DNA of 64,000 nt from positions 1-64,000 of IMG/VR virus record IMGVR_UViG_3300044970_000539; one strand, 5' to 3'. Source of the stretch: a virus. The position numbers were made by a program, and so were the translations under genes. Below the pieces are notes generated by a model. That model saw only the letters and a list, made by a program, of their open reading frames with translations. It made no database searches and was not told where the DNA came from. Positions 41,914 to 50,762 of this stretch are shown piece by piece (the first letter of the stretch is position 1; each line of letters opens with the position of its first letter).

Positions 41914-42238
41914 AAAAAGATATACATCAGATGAACTAGATGCACGACTAAAGTTTTTTCTTGGTATGACACTAGGAACAATCTTGTTGTTTACAACAAT
42001 GGGTATCTTGTATGCCCTTGTTTTTGTAACACAGCCAATTGGAGAGCAGTCAGAAAATGACAAGATGTTCTTCAATGTATTATCATCTGTTGCAACATTT
42101 ATTACTGGCACACTTGCTGGTATTTTAATTGGCAAAAATGGCGGGGGTTCAGATAACTCACAGCCTAATCAAGTATCTGAGCCTATGACTAATAGTGTTG
42201 TAGATGATCTTGATGACATTGATGATTTTATTGAATAA
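41906..42238 (+). CDS. Two-TM membrane protein
   Basis: Two hydrophobic helices and an acidic tail. Confidence 0.6.
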   Translation: MSKKRYTSDELDARLKFFLGMTLGTILLFTTMGILYALVFVTQPIGEQSENDKMFFNVLSSVATFITGTLAGILIGKNGGGSDNSQPNQVSEPMTNSVVDDLDDIDDFIE

Positions 42239-42313
42239 ATAATACATTACTTGACGGCCCTCTTTGGGCAATGGTATACTTGATTATAACCTATCTGGAG
42301 AGGGCCTACAATT

Positions 42314-43030
42314 TTGTATAATCCGAATTCTGTTCCAAGTTTTTTTATTAAAGAAGCATCTTCTGGAACTGTAAAAATTGAAAAATATATGAATAGTTTT
42401 GGTCTTTATAATAATAACAAGCAATGGATGTGTTATCTTAACCATGACTCTGTTATTAAAGAAATGTATTCTTCTTATGATCTAGCACATGGAGACGTTA
42501 TTGTTTCTGGTTTAGGGTTTGGAATACTTGCTTTATGGCTTTGCAGTAAGGAAGAAGTAGATAGCGTTACAGTTATAGAATTTTCATCAGATGTTATAAA
42601 ATTATTTAAAGATTCAAACATTGTTCCAGATAAATTAAACATTGTTAATGCTGATATAAGAAGTTATAATACAGATATAAAGTATGACGTAATGTTGTTA
42701 GATCACCATGAACTGGAAGACTTTGATTTTAGGTTATTTGACATTGAAGAAATTTCTAACAGAATTAAACATAAGTATATGTGGTCTTGGTCTTTAGAAT
42801 TAATGTACATATTTAAAATGTATGCAAATGAAGATCATAAAGTCCAAGAGAGCCTATGGTACGATCTAACAATTAAATGCGAAAAAGACTTTAGTACACT
42901 CTGGAATGATTTTGTAGATAATTTTTTTCCTAAAGAAGAAATGCTAAAAAATATAAGCAATCAAAAAATAAATGAGTATGTGTATACATACTATAGCCCG
43001 AAATTTACCAAGTTTGACTTTTTAAAGTGA
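42314..43030 (+). CDS. SAM-dependent methyltransferase-like (spermidine synthase-like) protein
   Basis: VIVSGLGFG, VTVIE, IVNAD and YDVMLLD Rossmann motifs. Confidence 0.65.
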   Translation: MYNPNSVPSFFIKEASSGTVKIEKYMNSFGLYNNNKQWMCYLNHDSVIKEMYSSYDLAHGDVIVSGLGFGILALWLCSKEEVDSVTVIEFSSDVIKLFKDSNIVPDKLNIVNADIRSYNTDIKYDVMLLDHHELEDFDFRLFDIEEISNRIKHKYMWSWSLELMYIFKMYANEDHKVQESLWYDLTIKCEKDFSTLWNDFVDNFFPKEEMLKNISNQKINEYVYTYYSPKFTKFDFLK

Positions 43031-43073
43031 GAACGGTATACTTAAATATACCTAATCTGGGAGGGGTTTTGTC

Positions 43074-43598
43074 ATGACTTGCATTGTCGCTCTGCGCCAT
43101 GAAGAAAAAGTTTATATGGCAGGAGATCGTGGAGCATCAGATGATGGAGTTATCCTTTCACTTGAATCGCCAAAGGTTTGGAAAGTTGGACCCTATCTAA
43201 TTGGATATGCTGGCTCAATGGACGGGGATAGAATAAGACACAACTTCAGACCATCAGCACCTAACATTAAAGACACAGATAGGTTTATGCACACAAAGTT
43301 TATTAAAGAACTTCGTGAATTCTATAATGAGTTCTGGATTGACACATCTAAAGAAGGTGAACTTAGTTTAATTATTGGTATTCGTGGAGAAATCTATGAG
43401 CATAGTTCTGGAGATATGTCTTTATCTAAATACTCTTTGCCATATATGTCTATTGGTTCTGGAGCAGAGTACGCTTATGGGGTTTTGTATGCAACAGATA
43501 AACAAAAAAATGCAAGGAACAGAGTAATTCAAGCAGTATCAGCAGCAATTAAATTTAACCCATCATGCATGGGTCCAATTGACATCATAAGTGCCTAG
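43074..43598 (+). CDS. HslV/proteasome-beta-like Ntn threonine protease
   Basis: M-T-C-I N-terminal Thr, AGD, K.W, GYAG and SIGSG..YA.G. Confidence 0.8.
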   Translation: MTCIVALRHEEKVYMAGDRGASDDGVILSLESPKVWKVGPYLIGYAGSMDGDRIRHNFRPSAPNIKDTDRFMHTKFIKELREFYNEFWIDTSKEGELSLIIGIRGEIYEHSSGDMSLSKYSLPYMSIGSGAEYAYGVLYATDKQKNARNRVIQAVSAAIKFNPSCMGPIDIISA

Positions 43599-43613
43599 GA
43601 GTATACTTAGTAT

Positions 43614-43835
43614 ATGAACGAAGAATTTGAAGAGATCCTAAAGGACATTCAGAATATAGAGTCAAATTTTGATGAGTTTGAAATTTGGCTTGAAAACGGA
43701 ATTGAACGGGGATGGGTAACTGAACCGTTCTGTAATACTCATGAGGGTGATCCCTATATGAATGAAGAAGAACAGAAGGAATGGGAAGAGGGCGGAGACC
43801 CTTGCCAAGTAGTAATTAAAATCAAAGAAAACTAA
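43614..43835 (+). CDS. Hypothetical acidic protein (leaderless)
   Basis: FC.TH.G.P...GGDPC motif; TTGACA-N17-TATACT-N6-ATG. Confidence 0.55.
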   Translation: MNEEFEEILKDIQNIESNFDEFEIWLENGIERGWVTEPFCNTHEGDPYMNEEEQKEWEEGGDPCQVVIKIKEN

Positions 43836-43847
43836 CAAGGAGAAACA

Positions 43848-44726
43848 ATGAAGAAAATCGCAGTGGGAATTATTGCAGTACTTAGTTTAGTATTGCTACA
43901 ACCAGTACAAGCACAACCAAATAAATCAATTGTTATTATTGATACAGCAATTGATTCATCTATTCCACAACTAAAGGCAAAACTTGTACAGGAAGTTTGT
44001 ATTCTTGGAAGCATGGTTTGTCCAAATGGTCAAAAATTCCAAGAAGGTACTGGAGCAGCAACTCTTCCATCAGCACAAGCACTAAAGGGTGGATTTGAAC
44101 ATGGAACGATTATGGCACTTATTGCTAATAAGGTTAATCCAGATGTTGATCTTATCTTTATCAGAATTGCTGGTATGACAAAGCGTGGAACAATGGATAC
44201 ATATAGTATTACTGAAGTGGAAAAGGCTCTTACATGGGTAGTCAACAACAAGCAAAAGTACAATATTGTTTCAGTTTCTGCTTCACAAGGAAACCATAAT
44301 ATAAGAACTGGACTAAATTATTGCCCAATTAGAGCAACTCATTCACAACTTATTGGAAACATTGATAAGTTGTCTTCCGTTGGAGTTGCAACCATGTTTG
44401 CTGCTGGAAACCAAAGAGACTATTCAAGAATTAACTTTCCAGCATGTATTACACAGGCTGTAGCAGTAGGTGGAGCAACAGAAGATAATGCAATGGCTCC
44501 ATACTCAAATGCTGCACCAGAGGTAGACTTTTACGCTCTTGGAGCATTTGACACACAGGTTGGTAGGTCAGTTGGAACATCTGCAGCAACTGCAGCATTT
44601 TCTGCACACTGGGCTAAAAATTACAAGGGTACATATCAATCAACTTATGATTACTTTGTATCAGTATCTAAGTCAGCAGTAGGAAGATCAACTACAACTA
44701 ATAGGCTTGTAAGTCTTTTAGGTTAA
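43848..44726 (+). CDS. Secreted subtilisin-like S8 serine protease
   Basis: Signal peptide; catalytic motifs IIDTAID, HGT, AAGN and GTS.A. Confidence 0.85.
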   Translation: MKKIAVGIIAVLSLVLLQPVQAQPNKSIVIIDTAIDSSIPQLKAKLVQEVCILGSMVCPNGQKFQEGTGAATLPSAQALKGGFEHGTIMALIANKVNPDVDLIFIRIAGMTKRGTMDTYSITEVEKALTWVVNNKQKYNIVSVSASQGNHNIRTGLNYCPIRATHSQLIGNIDKLSSVGVATMFAAGNQRDYSRINFPACITQAVAVGGATEDNAMAPYSNAAPEVDFYALGAFDTQVGRSVGTSAATAAFSAHWAKNYKGTYQSTYDYFVSVSKSAVGRSTTTNRLVSLLG

Positions 44727-44733
44727 TTGGTTT

Positions 44734-44806
44734 TGGTCTGTAACTCAGATGGTAGAGTGCCGAACTGTTAATTCGGATGTCGCAGGATCGATACCTGCCA
44801 GACCAG
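44734..44806 (+). tRNA. tRNA-Asn(GTT)
   Basis: Acceptor TGGTCTG/CAGACCA; anticodon arm CCGAA-ctGTTaa-TTCGG. Confidence 0.88.
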
Positions 44807-44811
44807 CAAAA

Positions 44812-44885
44812 GCGAGTGTTGCATAATGGTAGTGCTTCTGCCTTCCAAGCAGATGGTGCCAGTTCAATTCTGGTCACTCGCTCCA
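44812..44885 (+). tRNA. tRNA-Gly(TCC)
   Basis: GCGAGTG/CACTCGC; TCTGC-ctTCCaa-GCAGA; encoded CCA. Confidence 0.92.
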
Positions 44886-44886
44886 G

Positions 44887-44958
44887 GGCCCTATCTTCTA
44901 GTGGTTAGGATACCAGGCTTTCATCTTGGTGAGCAGAGTTCAATTCTCTGTAGGGCTA
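44887..44958 (+). tRNA. tRNA-Glu(TTC)
   Basis: GGCCCTA/TAGGGCT; CCAGG-ctTTCat-CTTGG; GTTCAATTC T-loop. Confidence 0.9.
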
Positions 44959-44969
44959 CAAAAGTTTGA

Positions 44970-45035
44970 TATAATATATATGTACCTGCCAAATGGGGGT
45001 ACATTAACTTATTCGCTTGAAAGGGGAATAAAATG
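44970..45035 (+). promoter_or_regulatory. hsp20 promoter and structured 5' UTR (ROSE-like)
   Basis: TGaTATAAT, then hairpin ATGTACC...GGTACAT, then SD-occluding hairpin TTATTCGCTT-gaa-AGGGGAATAA. Confidence 0.55.
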
Positions 45036-45461
45036 GTAGTAACACATGCAATGGATCTATTCAATGATCCTTTTTTTATTGGGTTTAACAGAGAGTTAGC
45101 CCGTTTGAATACAGCACATAAAACAAATTCACAATCATACCCTCCGTATGATCTTCTTAAACTAGATGAAGATACATATAGAATCTCTTTGGCTGTTGCT
45201 GGATTTTCCAGGGAAAATATTGATATCTCAGTAGACAATGGAACTCTTATTATTAAGGGTGAGATTGTAGAGGTAGTAGACGCTGAAGTGGTTCATAAGG
45301 GCATTGCTGGTCGTAAATTTGTACGATCATTTGCTCTTGGAGAATATATGGAAGTAACTGGTGCAGAAATGAAGGATGGTATGCTGCATATTAATGTAGA
45401 TCGTATTATTCCTGAAGATAAAAAGCCAAAAACTATTGAAATCAAACTTGCTAAAAAGTAG
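45033..45461 (+). CDS. hsp20: Small heat shock protein (IbpA-like Hsp20)
   Basis: YPPYD, LAVAGFS, HKGIA.R.F.RSF.L, A...DGML.I and IPE..KP. Confidence 0.93.
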   Translation: MVVTHAMDLFNDPFFIGFNRELARLNTAHKTNSQSYPPYDLLKLDEDTYRISLAVAGFSRENIDISVDNGTLIIKGEIVEVVDAEVVHKGIAGRKFVRSFALGEYMEVTGAEMKDGMLHINVDRIIPEDKKPKTIEIKLAKK

Positions 45462-45534
45462 TATATAGGCTATAATTGTATAAGAGACCTAGGCATGTCT
45501 TTATAAACTGCCCCTTAATATTAGGAGATAAAAA

Positions 45535-46338
45535 ATGGCAGCAAAGGGTAGTCTAGAAGCAATCATTGAGGTTGCAAAGAAAGAAGTAGGAACTATTGAA
45601 GGTCCTAAAGATAACGAGACAAAGTATGGTAAATGGACTGGAATGAACTTCCAACCGTGGTGCCAATCATTTGTTTCGTGGTGTGCATTCACATCTGGTT
45701 TAGATGCAAAGAAGTATCCAAAGTCTGCATCAACAGTAGCAGCATCAGATTGGTTTAAAAAGAATGATCGCTGGGCAGATGCTCGTAATGATGATCCAAC
45801 TCCAGGAGACTGGATTTATTTTGATTTTCCAGAAGATGGTGTAAACCGTATTTCACATGTTGGTATTTGTATTAAAAATAATGGAAACGGAACTATCCAA
45901 GTTATTGAAGGCAACACTTCAGGAACTGCAAAGGGAGACCAAAGAAATGGCGGAATGTGCGTAGAAAAGACTCGTGCATACGTTAAGGAAAATAAGTTAA
46001 AACTTATCAATGGAATTGTTGGTTGGGGTCGTCCAGTTTATGCTGGTGAAGAAAACCTTCCACTTCTTTCTAAGGTTGGATCATCTGATGCTCCAGTTAA
46101 AAAATCTGCTCCAGCCTCTTCAACACCTTCAGCACCTGCAGTTAAGAAAGAGTTTAAGCAGTTTAAAGAAGGAGCAAAAGGTTCACCTGTTAAAAAGATT
46201 CAAGAAGCACTTGGCTTAAAGGCTGATGGAGTTTTTGGTCCAGGAACATCTAAAGCAGTTAAAGATTTTCAATCTAAGTCTAAACTTCCAGCAACTGGAA
46301 TTGTAGATTTAAAAACATATAAGGCTATTTTGAAGTAA
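45535..46338 (+). CDS. Endolysin (CHAP amidase plus peptidoglycan-binding domain)
   Basis: PWCQSFVSW, SHVGI and IEGNT (CHAP); ADG.FGP.T..AVK.FQ (PG_binding_1). Confidence 0.9.
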   Translation: MAAKGSLEAIIEVAKKEVGTIEGPKDNETKYGKWTGMNFQPWCQSFVSWCAFTSGLDAKKYPKSASTVAASDWFKKNDRWADARNDDPTPGDWIYFDFPEDGVNRISHVGICIKNNGNGTIQVIEGNTSGTAKGDQRNGGMCVEKTRAYVKENKLKLINGIVGWGRPVYAGEENLPLLSKVGSSDAPVKKSAPASSTPSAPAVKKEFKQFKEGAKGSPVKKIQEALGLKADGVFGPGTSKAVKDFQSKSKLPATGIVDLKTYKAILK

Positions 46339-46523
46339 TGCCAGTATATGAATACAAATGCACAGGACAATGTTCTGAAATTGTAATCAAACAAAGATCT
46401 ATTAAGGATAGCGATCCAGGGTATGAGTGTGAAACTTGCACTCTACCACTGGAACGTGTATACTCTAATGTAACAGCAGTATTCAACGGTAGTGGATTTT
46501 ATTCCACTGATAACAGAAAGTAG
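46338..46523 (+). CDS. FmdB-family zinc ribbon protein
   Basis: MP.YEYKC...C..C...F.GSGFY.TD. Confidence 0.85.
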   Translation: MPVYEYKCTGQCSEIVIKQRSIKDSDPGYECETCTLPLERVYSNVTAVFNGSGFYSTDNRK

Positions 46524-46538
46524 CGGTATACTATGAAC

Positions 46539-46787
46539 ATGACAATGACAAAAGAAGTTGTTCAAGAAGAGTGGATTTTAAATGCAACAGACAGATGTGA
46601 TGCTTGTGCAGCAGAAGCCCTTGTAAAGGTAACTGGATTATCTGGAGACTTAATGTTTTGTGGACATCACTACAACAAGATTATGGATAATAAAGAAGGG
46701 TATAAGAAGATGATTTCTTTTGCACTTTCAGTTGTTGATGAACGACATAAACTTATTGAAAACAAGTCAAAGGGGCAAGATTACTAA
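46539..46787 (+). CDS. Conserved actinobacterial-type zinc-binding protein
   Basis: L.ATDRCDAC...L.FCGHH; start chosen from TATACT-N6-ATG. Confidence 0.6.
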   Translation: MTMTKEVVQEEWILNATDRCDACAAEALVKVTGLSGDLMFCGHHYNKIMDNKEGYKKMISFALSVVDERHKLIENKSKGQDY

Positions 46788-47194
46788 TGTATGAATACTA
46801 TGTAAGAAAAGTAGAGAACGTAGTAGATGGAGACACTATTGACGTTATTATTGATTTAGGGTTTGATATCTTGTTTGCATCTCGTGTAAGGTTGGCTGGG
46901 ATCGATACCCCAGAGTCTCGCACAAAAGATCTTGCTGAAAAGGCTCTTGGACTTGAAGCCAAGGAGTACTTAAAGAAGTCTTTAAAGGACGCTAAGTCTG
47001 TTGTTATTAAGACTGAGAAGATGGACTCATCTGAAAAGTATGGTCGTATTTTAGGTTGGGTATATGTAGATGACAACACTGTTTCACTTAACGACATGAT
47101 GATTAATGATGGCTATGCCTGGGGATATCTTGGAGATACAAAGGTTAAAGATTTTACAGCCCTTGCAAAAGCCAGAAAAAAGTCTGGAAAATGA
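46787..47194 (+). CDS. Thermonuclease (SNase) family nuclease
   Basis: VVDGDT, VRLAGIDTPE and KYGRIL. Confidence 0.9.
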   Translation: MYEYYVRKVENVVDGDTIDVIIDLGFDILFASRVRLAGIDTPESRTKDLAEKALGLEAKEYLKKSLKDAKSVVIKTEKMDSSEKYGRILGWVYVDDNTVSLNDMMINDGYAWGYLGDTKVKDFTALAKARKKSGK

Positions 47195-48048
47195 AAAAAA
47201 ATTTAACTTTGGCAAAAATAATAAAAGAAAATAGTTTTTCTAATTTTACAGAATTTGAAAAAATAATATCAATGAAATACACTAATTTTTTTAACGCCAA
47301 AATAAAAGAAAAAGAACTTAATAAAAATTTTATAGAACCAAATAATTTAATTTTTATGAATGATGGATATGCAGAAATAGACGAAAATGGTTATCCTTAC
47401 GATTCACAAAAAATAAAAAATATTTTATTAAATCCAAAATTTATTCAATTTAAATATCAAATAAATTTATACAAAAGATTATTAAATTTTGCTGATATTC
47501 AAAACAATAAAAATGTAAAAGTTTTAATAGATGTAGGTTGCGGTAAAGGTGGAGGAATTTCTTTTTATAAACAGTTTTATAATTTTGATAAATGTATTGG
47601 AATTGATTTAACTAAAATAAATATAGAGTTAGCAAAACAACACGAAAAAAATGTTTCTTTTTATGTTGCTTCTGCAACTAATCTTCCTATAAATGATAAA
47701 ACAGTAGATGTAATCACATCTGTTGAATCTTTGATGTATTACGACCCACTTATCAAATTTATTGAAGAGGCTAGGCGAGTTCTAAAAAACAATGGGAAAT
47801 TTTTAATATCAATGCCATTGACCGAACAAGAAGAAAATAACTTAGAAGAGTCATTTACTAACAATGGGTTTATATTAAGTAAAAAAGAAGATATAACAGA
47901 AAATGTAAGAATGGCTTGTGCAATATCAAAAAATAGGTTTAGAAATTCTTCATTTCAAGAATCAGAAATTATGAGAAATGATGAAGAGAGATATTTCAAC
48001 AAAACCGTATTTTACAAAAATTTTGTATTTATTAAAAAGGGCGATTAA
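47191..48048 (+). CDS. Class I SAM-dependent methyltransferase
   Basis: LIDVGCGKGGG, GIDL, LP...VDVI.SVES and RVLK..G. Confidence 0.85.
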   Translation: MKKNLTLAKIIKENSFSNFTEFEKIISMKYTNFFNAKIKEKELNKNFIEPNNLIFMNDGYAEIDENGYPYDSQKIKNILLNPKFIQFKYQINLYKRLLNFADIQNNKNVKVLIDVGCGKGGGISFYKQFYNFDKCIGIDLTKINIELAKQHEKNVSFYVASATNLPINDKTVDVITSVESLMYYDPLIKFIEEARRVLKNNGKFLISMPLTEQEENNLEESFTNNGFILSKKEDITENVRMACAISKNRFRNSSFQESEIMRNDEERYFNKTVFYKNFVFIKKGD

Positions 48049-48053
48049 AATTG

Positions 48054-48278
48054 ATGGATATAAAAAGTCAAGCCTTATTAGAGCATTTAATTATTCAAGG
48101 TGCAATTGAGATATCTGGTATTGATCAATCTGGTGAGATGACATACTCAATTACTGATAAGTTACAAGAGGTTCATCCAGAACTATACATGCAACTTAAA
48201 GATGAGTTTGAACATAACATGTTTGAAATGATAGATCAAGGACCAAAGGTTATGACGTGGAAGATTAGGACAAGATAA
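48054..48278 (+). CDS. Hypothetical protein, paralogue of 48529..48858
   Basis: Shares LI..GA.E..G.D....Y.IT.K.QEV.P..Y. Confidence 0.55.
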   Translation: MDIKSQALLEHLIIQGAIEISGIDQSGEMTYSITDKLQEVHPELYMQLKDEFEHNMFEMIDQGPKVMTWKIRTR

Positions 48279-48536
48279 ATGAATATGATTCTTTATTTTA
48301 CTGCTGATTGGTGTAACCCTTGTAAAAAAACAAAGCCAATTGTTGAAGAGTTAAATCGTGAACAAATTATGGCTAAATTCTTTATAGTTGACGTTGATTC
48401 AGAGATTGAGATGACTAAAGATTTTGAGATTAGATCTGTTCCTACTTTTGTAGTAATGAAGGATAATACTGAGATTTATCGTGTAACTGGTGCACAAACA
48501 AGGCAACAGTTAGAGGAGTTAATTAGATATGAATAA
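48279..48536 (+). CDS. Thioredoxin
   Basis: FTADWCNPCK and IRSVPT. Confidence 0.9.
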   Translation: MNMILYFTADWCNPCKKTKPIVEELNREQIMAKFFIVDVDSEIEMTKDFEIRSVPTFVVMKDNTEIYRVTGAQTRQQLEELIRYE

Positions 48537-48858
48537 CAATGAAGATGAACTAATCAAAAATCTTATACTTGAAGGTGCCCTAGAAGTGGCTGGAGTAGAT
48601 TCAGAAACAAATGAACTTTTGTATACTATTACTCCAAAAATGCAAGAGGTCATGCCAGATATGTATGAAGACCACCTAACTCAAGTAAATAGGGATCTTT
48701 TAAATTTATGGGAAAAGGGTTATGTTAATATTGATTTTTTACTAGCAGATCCAGTAGTTACAATATCTGAAAAAGGTCTTGATAAGGCTGAGGTTGCTAA
48801 ATTAACCAAGCCAGAAATCTGGGCACTAGAAGAGGTAAAGAGATTACTAAAAAGGTAA
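48529..48858 (+). CDS. Hypothetical protein, paralogue of 48054..48278
   Basis: Same motif as the paralogue; coupled to thioredoxin. Confidence 0.55.
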   Translation: MNNNEDELIKNLILEGALEVAGVDSETNELLYTITPKMQEVMPDMYEDHLTQVNRDLLNLWEKGYVNIDFLLADPVVTISEKGLDKAEVAKLTKPEIWALEEVKRLLKR

Positions 48859-48896
48859 AGTCTGATATAATCAGTATATAAACTAGGAGGATTGTT

Positions 48897-49646
48897 ATGC
48901 CATACAGAGTTGGAGCCAAAGGTTCTTTTGGGTGTTCTGGATACCCTGCACTAAAAGAAGGCACAAATGAAGTTATGGGTTGCCACACAACCCGTGCTGA
49001 GGCTGCTGCACAGATTTATGCAATCAATCGCTCTGAAGGCAACATAGGGAAAAGTATGAATGAAATTAAAGAGGGTGATTTCGTTATGGGAATGACCTCT
49101 GAAGGAATGGTTCACGGAATTGTTGAGCACATTATGATAGAAGGCGGAGTCTATGGGGTTCCTGGAACAGAATATGCAATTCAGTCTATGCCACCAGAAA
49201 ATCCAGCAATGGCTGTTAGAATTTATGAAGAAGAAGATGGTAAGTGGGAGCCAACCGCATATAGTATTGGAATGATGTACAAGGATGCACAGGTTGTAGA
49301 TATAAACAACCACACTATGGAAGATGATAAAGAAGAAATGGATTCAGAAGTTGCAATGGCAATGTATGATTCATCAATTGGAAAATCAGAAGAAAAGGAA
49401 GATGAAATGGAAAAAGCAAAAAAGCCTAACTATGGTGAAATGATTCAACCACGTCGTGGTGGATCAACACCTTCTAATCCAAGACTTTATGCAAGAGTTG
49501 TGCAGGCAGCAAAAGATAAATTTGATGTGTATCCATCTGCAGTTGCAAACTCTTGGGTTGTTCAAGAATACAAGCGTCGTGGTGGAACATATAAGTCTGA
49601 AAAATCAGCAGAGTTGGATAATTTTTGGAATGGATTTTTAAAATAA
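48897..49646 (+). CDS. Multi-domain hypothetical phage protein
   Basis: GCH...A..Q..A N-domain; C-terminal PSA.A..W.V.EYK.RGG.Y motif. Confidence 0.5.
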   Translation: MPYRVGAKGSFGCSGYPALKEGTNEVMGCHTTRAEAAAQIYAINRSEGNIGKSMNEIKEGDFVMGMTSEGMVHGIVEHIMIEGGVYGVPGTEYAIQSMPPENPAMAVRIYEEEDGKWEPTAYSIGMMYKDAQVVDINNHTMEDDKEEMDSEVAMAMYDSSIGKSEEKEDEMEKAKKPNYGEMIQPRRGGSTPSNPRLYARVVQAAKDKFDVYPSAVANSWVVQEYKRRGGTYKSEKSAELDNFWNGFLK

Positions 49647-49780
49647 TGCCAAAGAAAAAAGCACAATCATTTAATGCAACACAAATCAAAGATGGAAAGA
49701 TTGTACGCATGAATAAAAACGGTACAGTTAAATCTATTATTGGTCCTTATGAAGTGAAGCATCCAAAGAAGGGTAAGTAA
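49646..49780 (+). CDS. Small basic protein (44 aa)
   Basis: TAATG coupling on both sides; MPKKKAQSF...KKGK. Confidence 0.5.
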   Translation: MPKKKAQSFNATQIKDGKIVRMNKNGTVKSIIGPYEVKHPKKGK

Positions 49781-50151
49781 TGGCAGATACATATTCACCT
49801 AATGCAGGCATGAAGGCTGCTGCAAGACGTGCTTTGAAGTGGAAAGAAGATGGAAAGGCAACAGGGGCTGGAACTCCAGTAGGTTGGGGCAGAGCAACAG
49901 ATATTGTTAGCGGTGCATCTATGTCTCTTGATACTGTCAAAAGAATGTACTCTTTCTTTTCACGTCATGAAGTAGATAAAAAAGGTAAAGGTTTCTTTGA
50001 TGGACCAGAGTTTCCATCAAATGGAAGAATAATGTGGGACGCATGGGGCGGAGATGCAGGTTTTGCATGGAGTCGTGCTATCGTTGAACGTGAAAAAAAT
50101 AAAACAGAAAAGGTTTGGCAAGGAAGTCCATTTAGTTTTAAGGGGGAATAA
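49780..50151 (+). CDS. Conserved phage domain, often found with head-morphogenesis genes
   Basis: GTPVG..RA, TVKRM.SFFSRH and GRI.W..WGGD.G..W. Confidence 0.55.
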   Translation: MADTYSPNAGMKAAARRALKWKEDGKATGAGTPVGWGRATDIVSGASMSLDTVKRMYSFFSRHEVDKKGKGFFDGPEFPSNGRIMWDAWGGDAGFAWSRAIVEREKNKTEKVWQGSPFSFKGE

Positions 50152-50153
50152 AT

Positions 50154-50333
50154 ATGGAAGATTTAACGATTGATGAATTAAGACAACTTCTGACATTCTA
50201 CAAGCAAAGAGCGTCAGACGTAGAGTTTACATTCTTACAGACACAGATAAAACTAAATAAGTTTATATCTGATCAATTAATTTCAGATCAAAATGTTTCA
50301 AAAAAAGAAACACCAGAAAAAACAACTAAATAA
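50154..50333 (+). CDS. Small coiled-coil protein (59 aa)
   Basis: GGGG RBS; MEDLTIDELRQLLTFYKQR...; fills the gap. Confidence 0.5.
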   Translation: MEDLTIDELRQLLTFYKQRASDVEFTFLQTQIKLNKFISDQLISDQNVSKKETPEKTTK

Positions 50334-50345
50334 TTAGGAGAAAAG

Positions 50346-50762
50346 ATGCAGGCTATTTTGATTATCGGCTTGACATTGATCTCTTTTTCGTCTATAATTA
50401 TAGTAATGAACAAAAAAAGAAAAAACTCTTTTAATAAAATACTATATCGTCAAAGCGATATGCATAATATATTAAAGGATTTTTTCTTTAAAGATATTTT
50501 TGATGACAAGGTTGTTACATCTCAGTCTAAAATTTGGAAAGAGAAACAGACAACCAAGGTAGTCATAATAGATCAAAAGGCATATTGGGTATCAAATAAC
50601 ATGTTCTATGTTGGAGATACAGTAGATGGAAAGGTCAGACCAGAAACTGGAAGACCTTTAGATACAACCAAGATGTCAAAAAAAGAAGTAGATAAGATGT
50701 TATTCATCCTGGATAACTTAAAGAATGGGAAACTAAATGATAGTGGCAGTGCAGGGAACTAA
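50346..50762 (+). CDS. N-terminally membrane-anchored protein
   Basis: AGGAG RBS; hydrophobic residues 3-20. Confidence 0.55.
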   Translation: MQAILIIGLTLISFSSIIIVMNKKRKNSFNKILYRQSDMHNILKDFFFKDIFDDKVVTSQSKIWKEKQTTKVVIIDQKAYWVSNNMFYVGDTVDGKVRPETGRPLDTTKMSKKEVDKMLFILDNLKNGKLNDSGSAGN

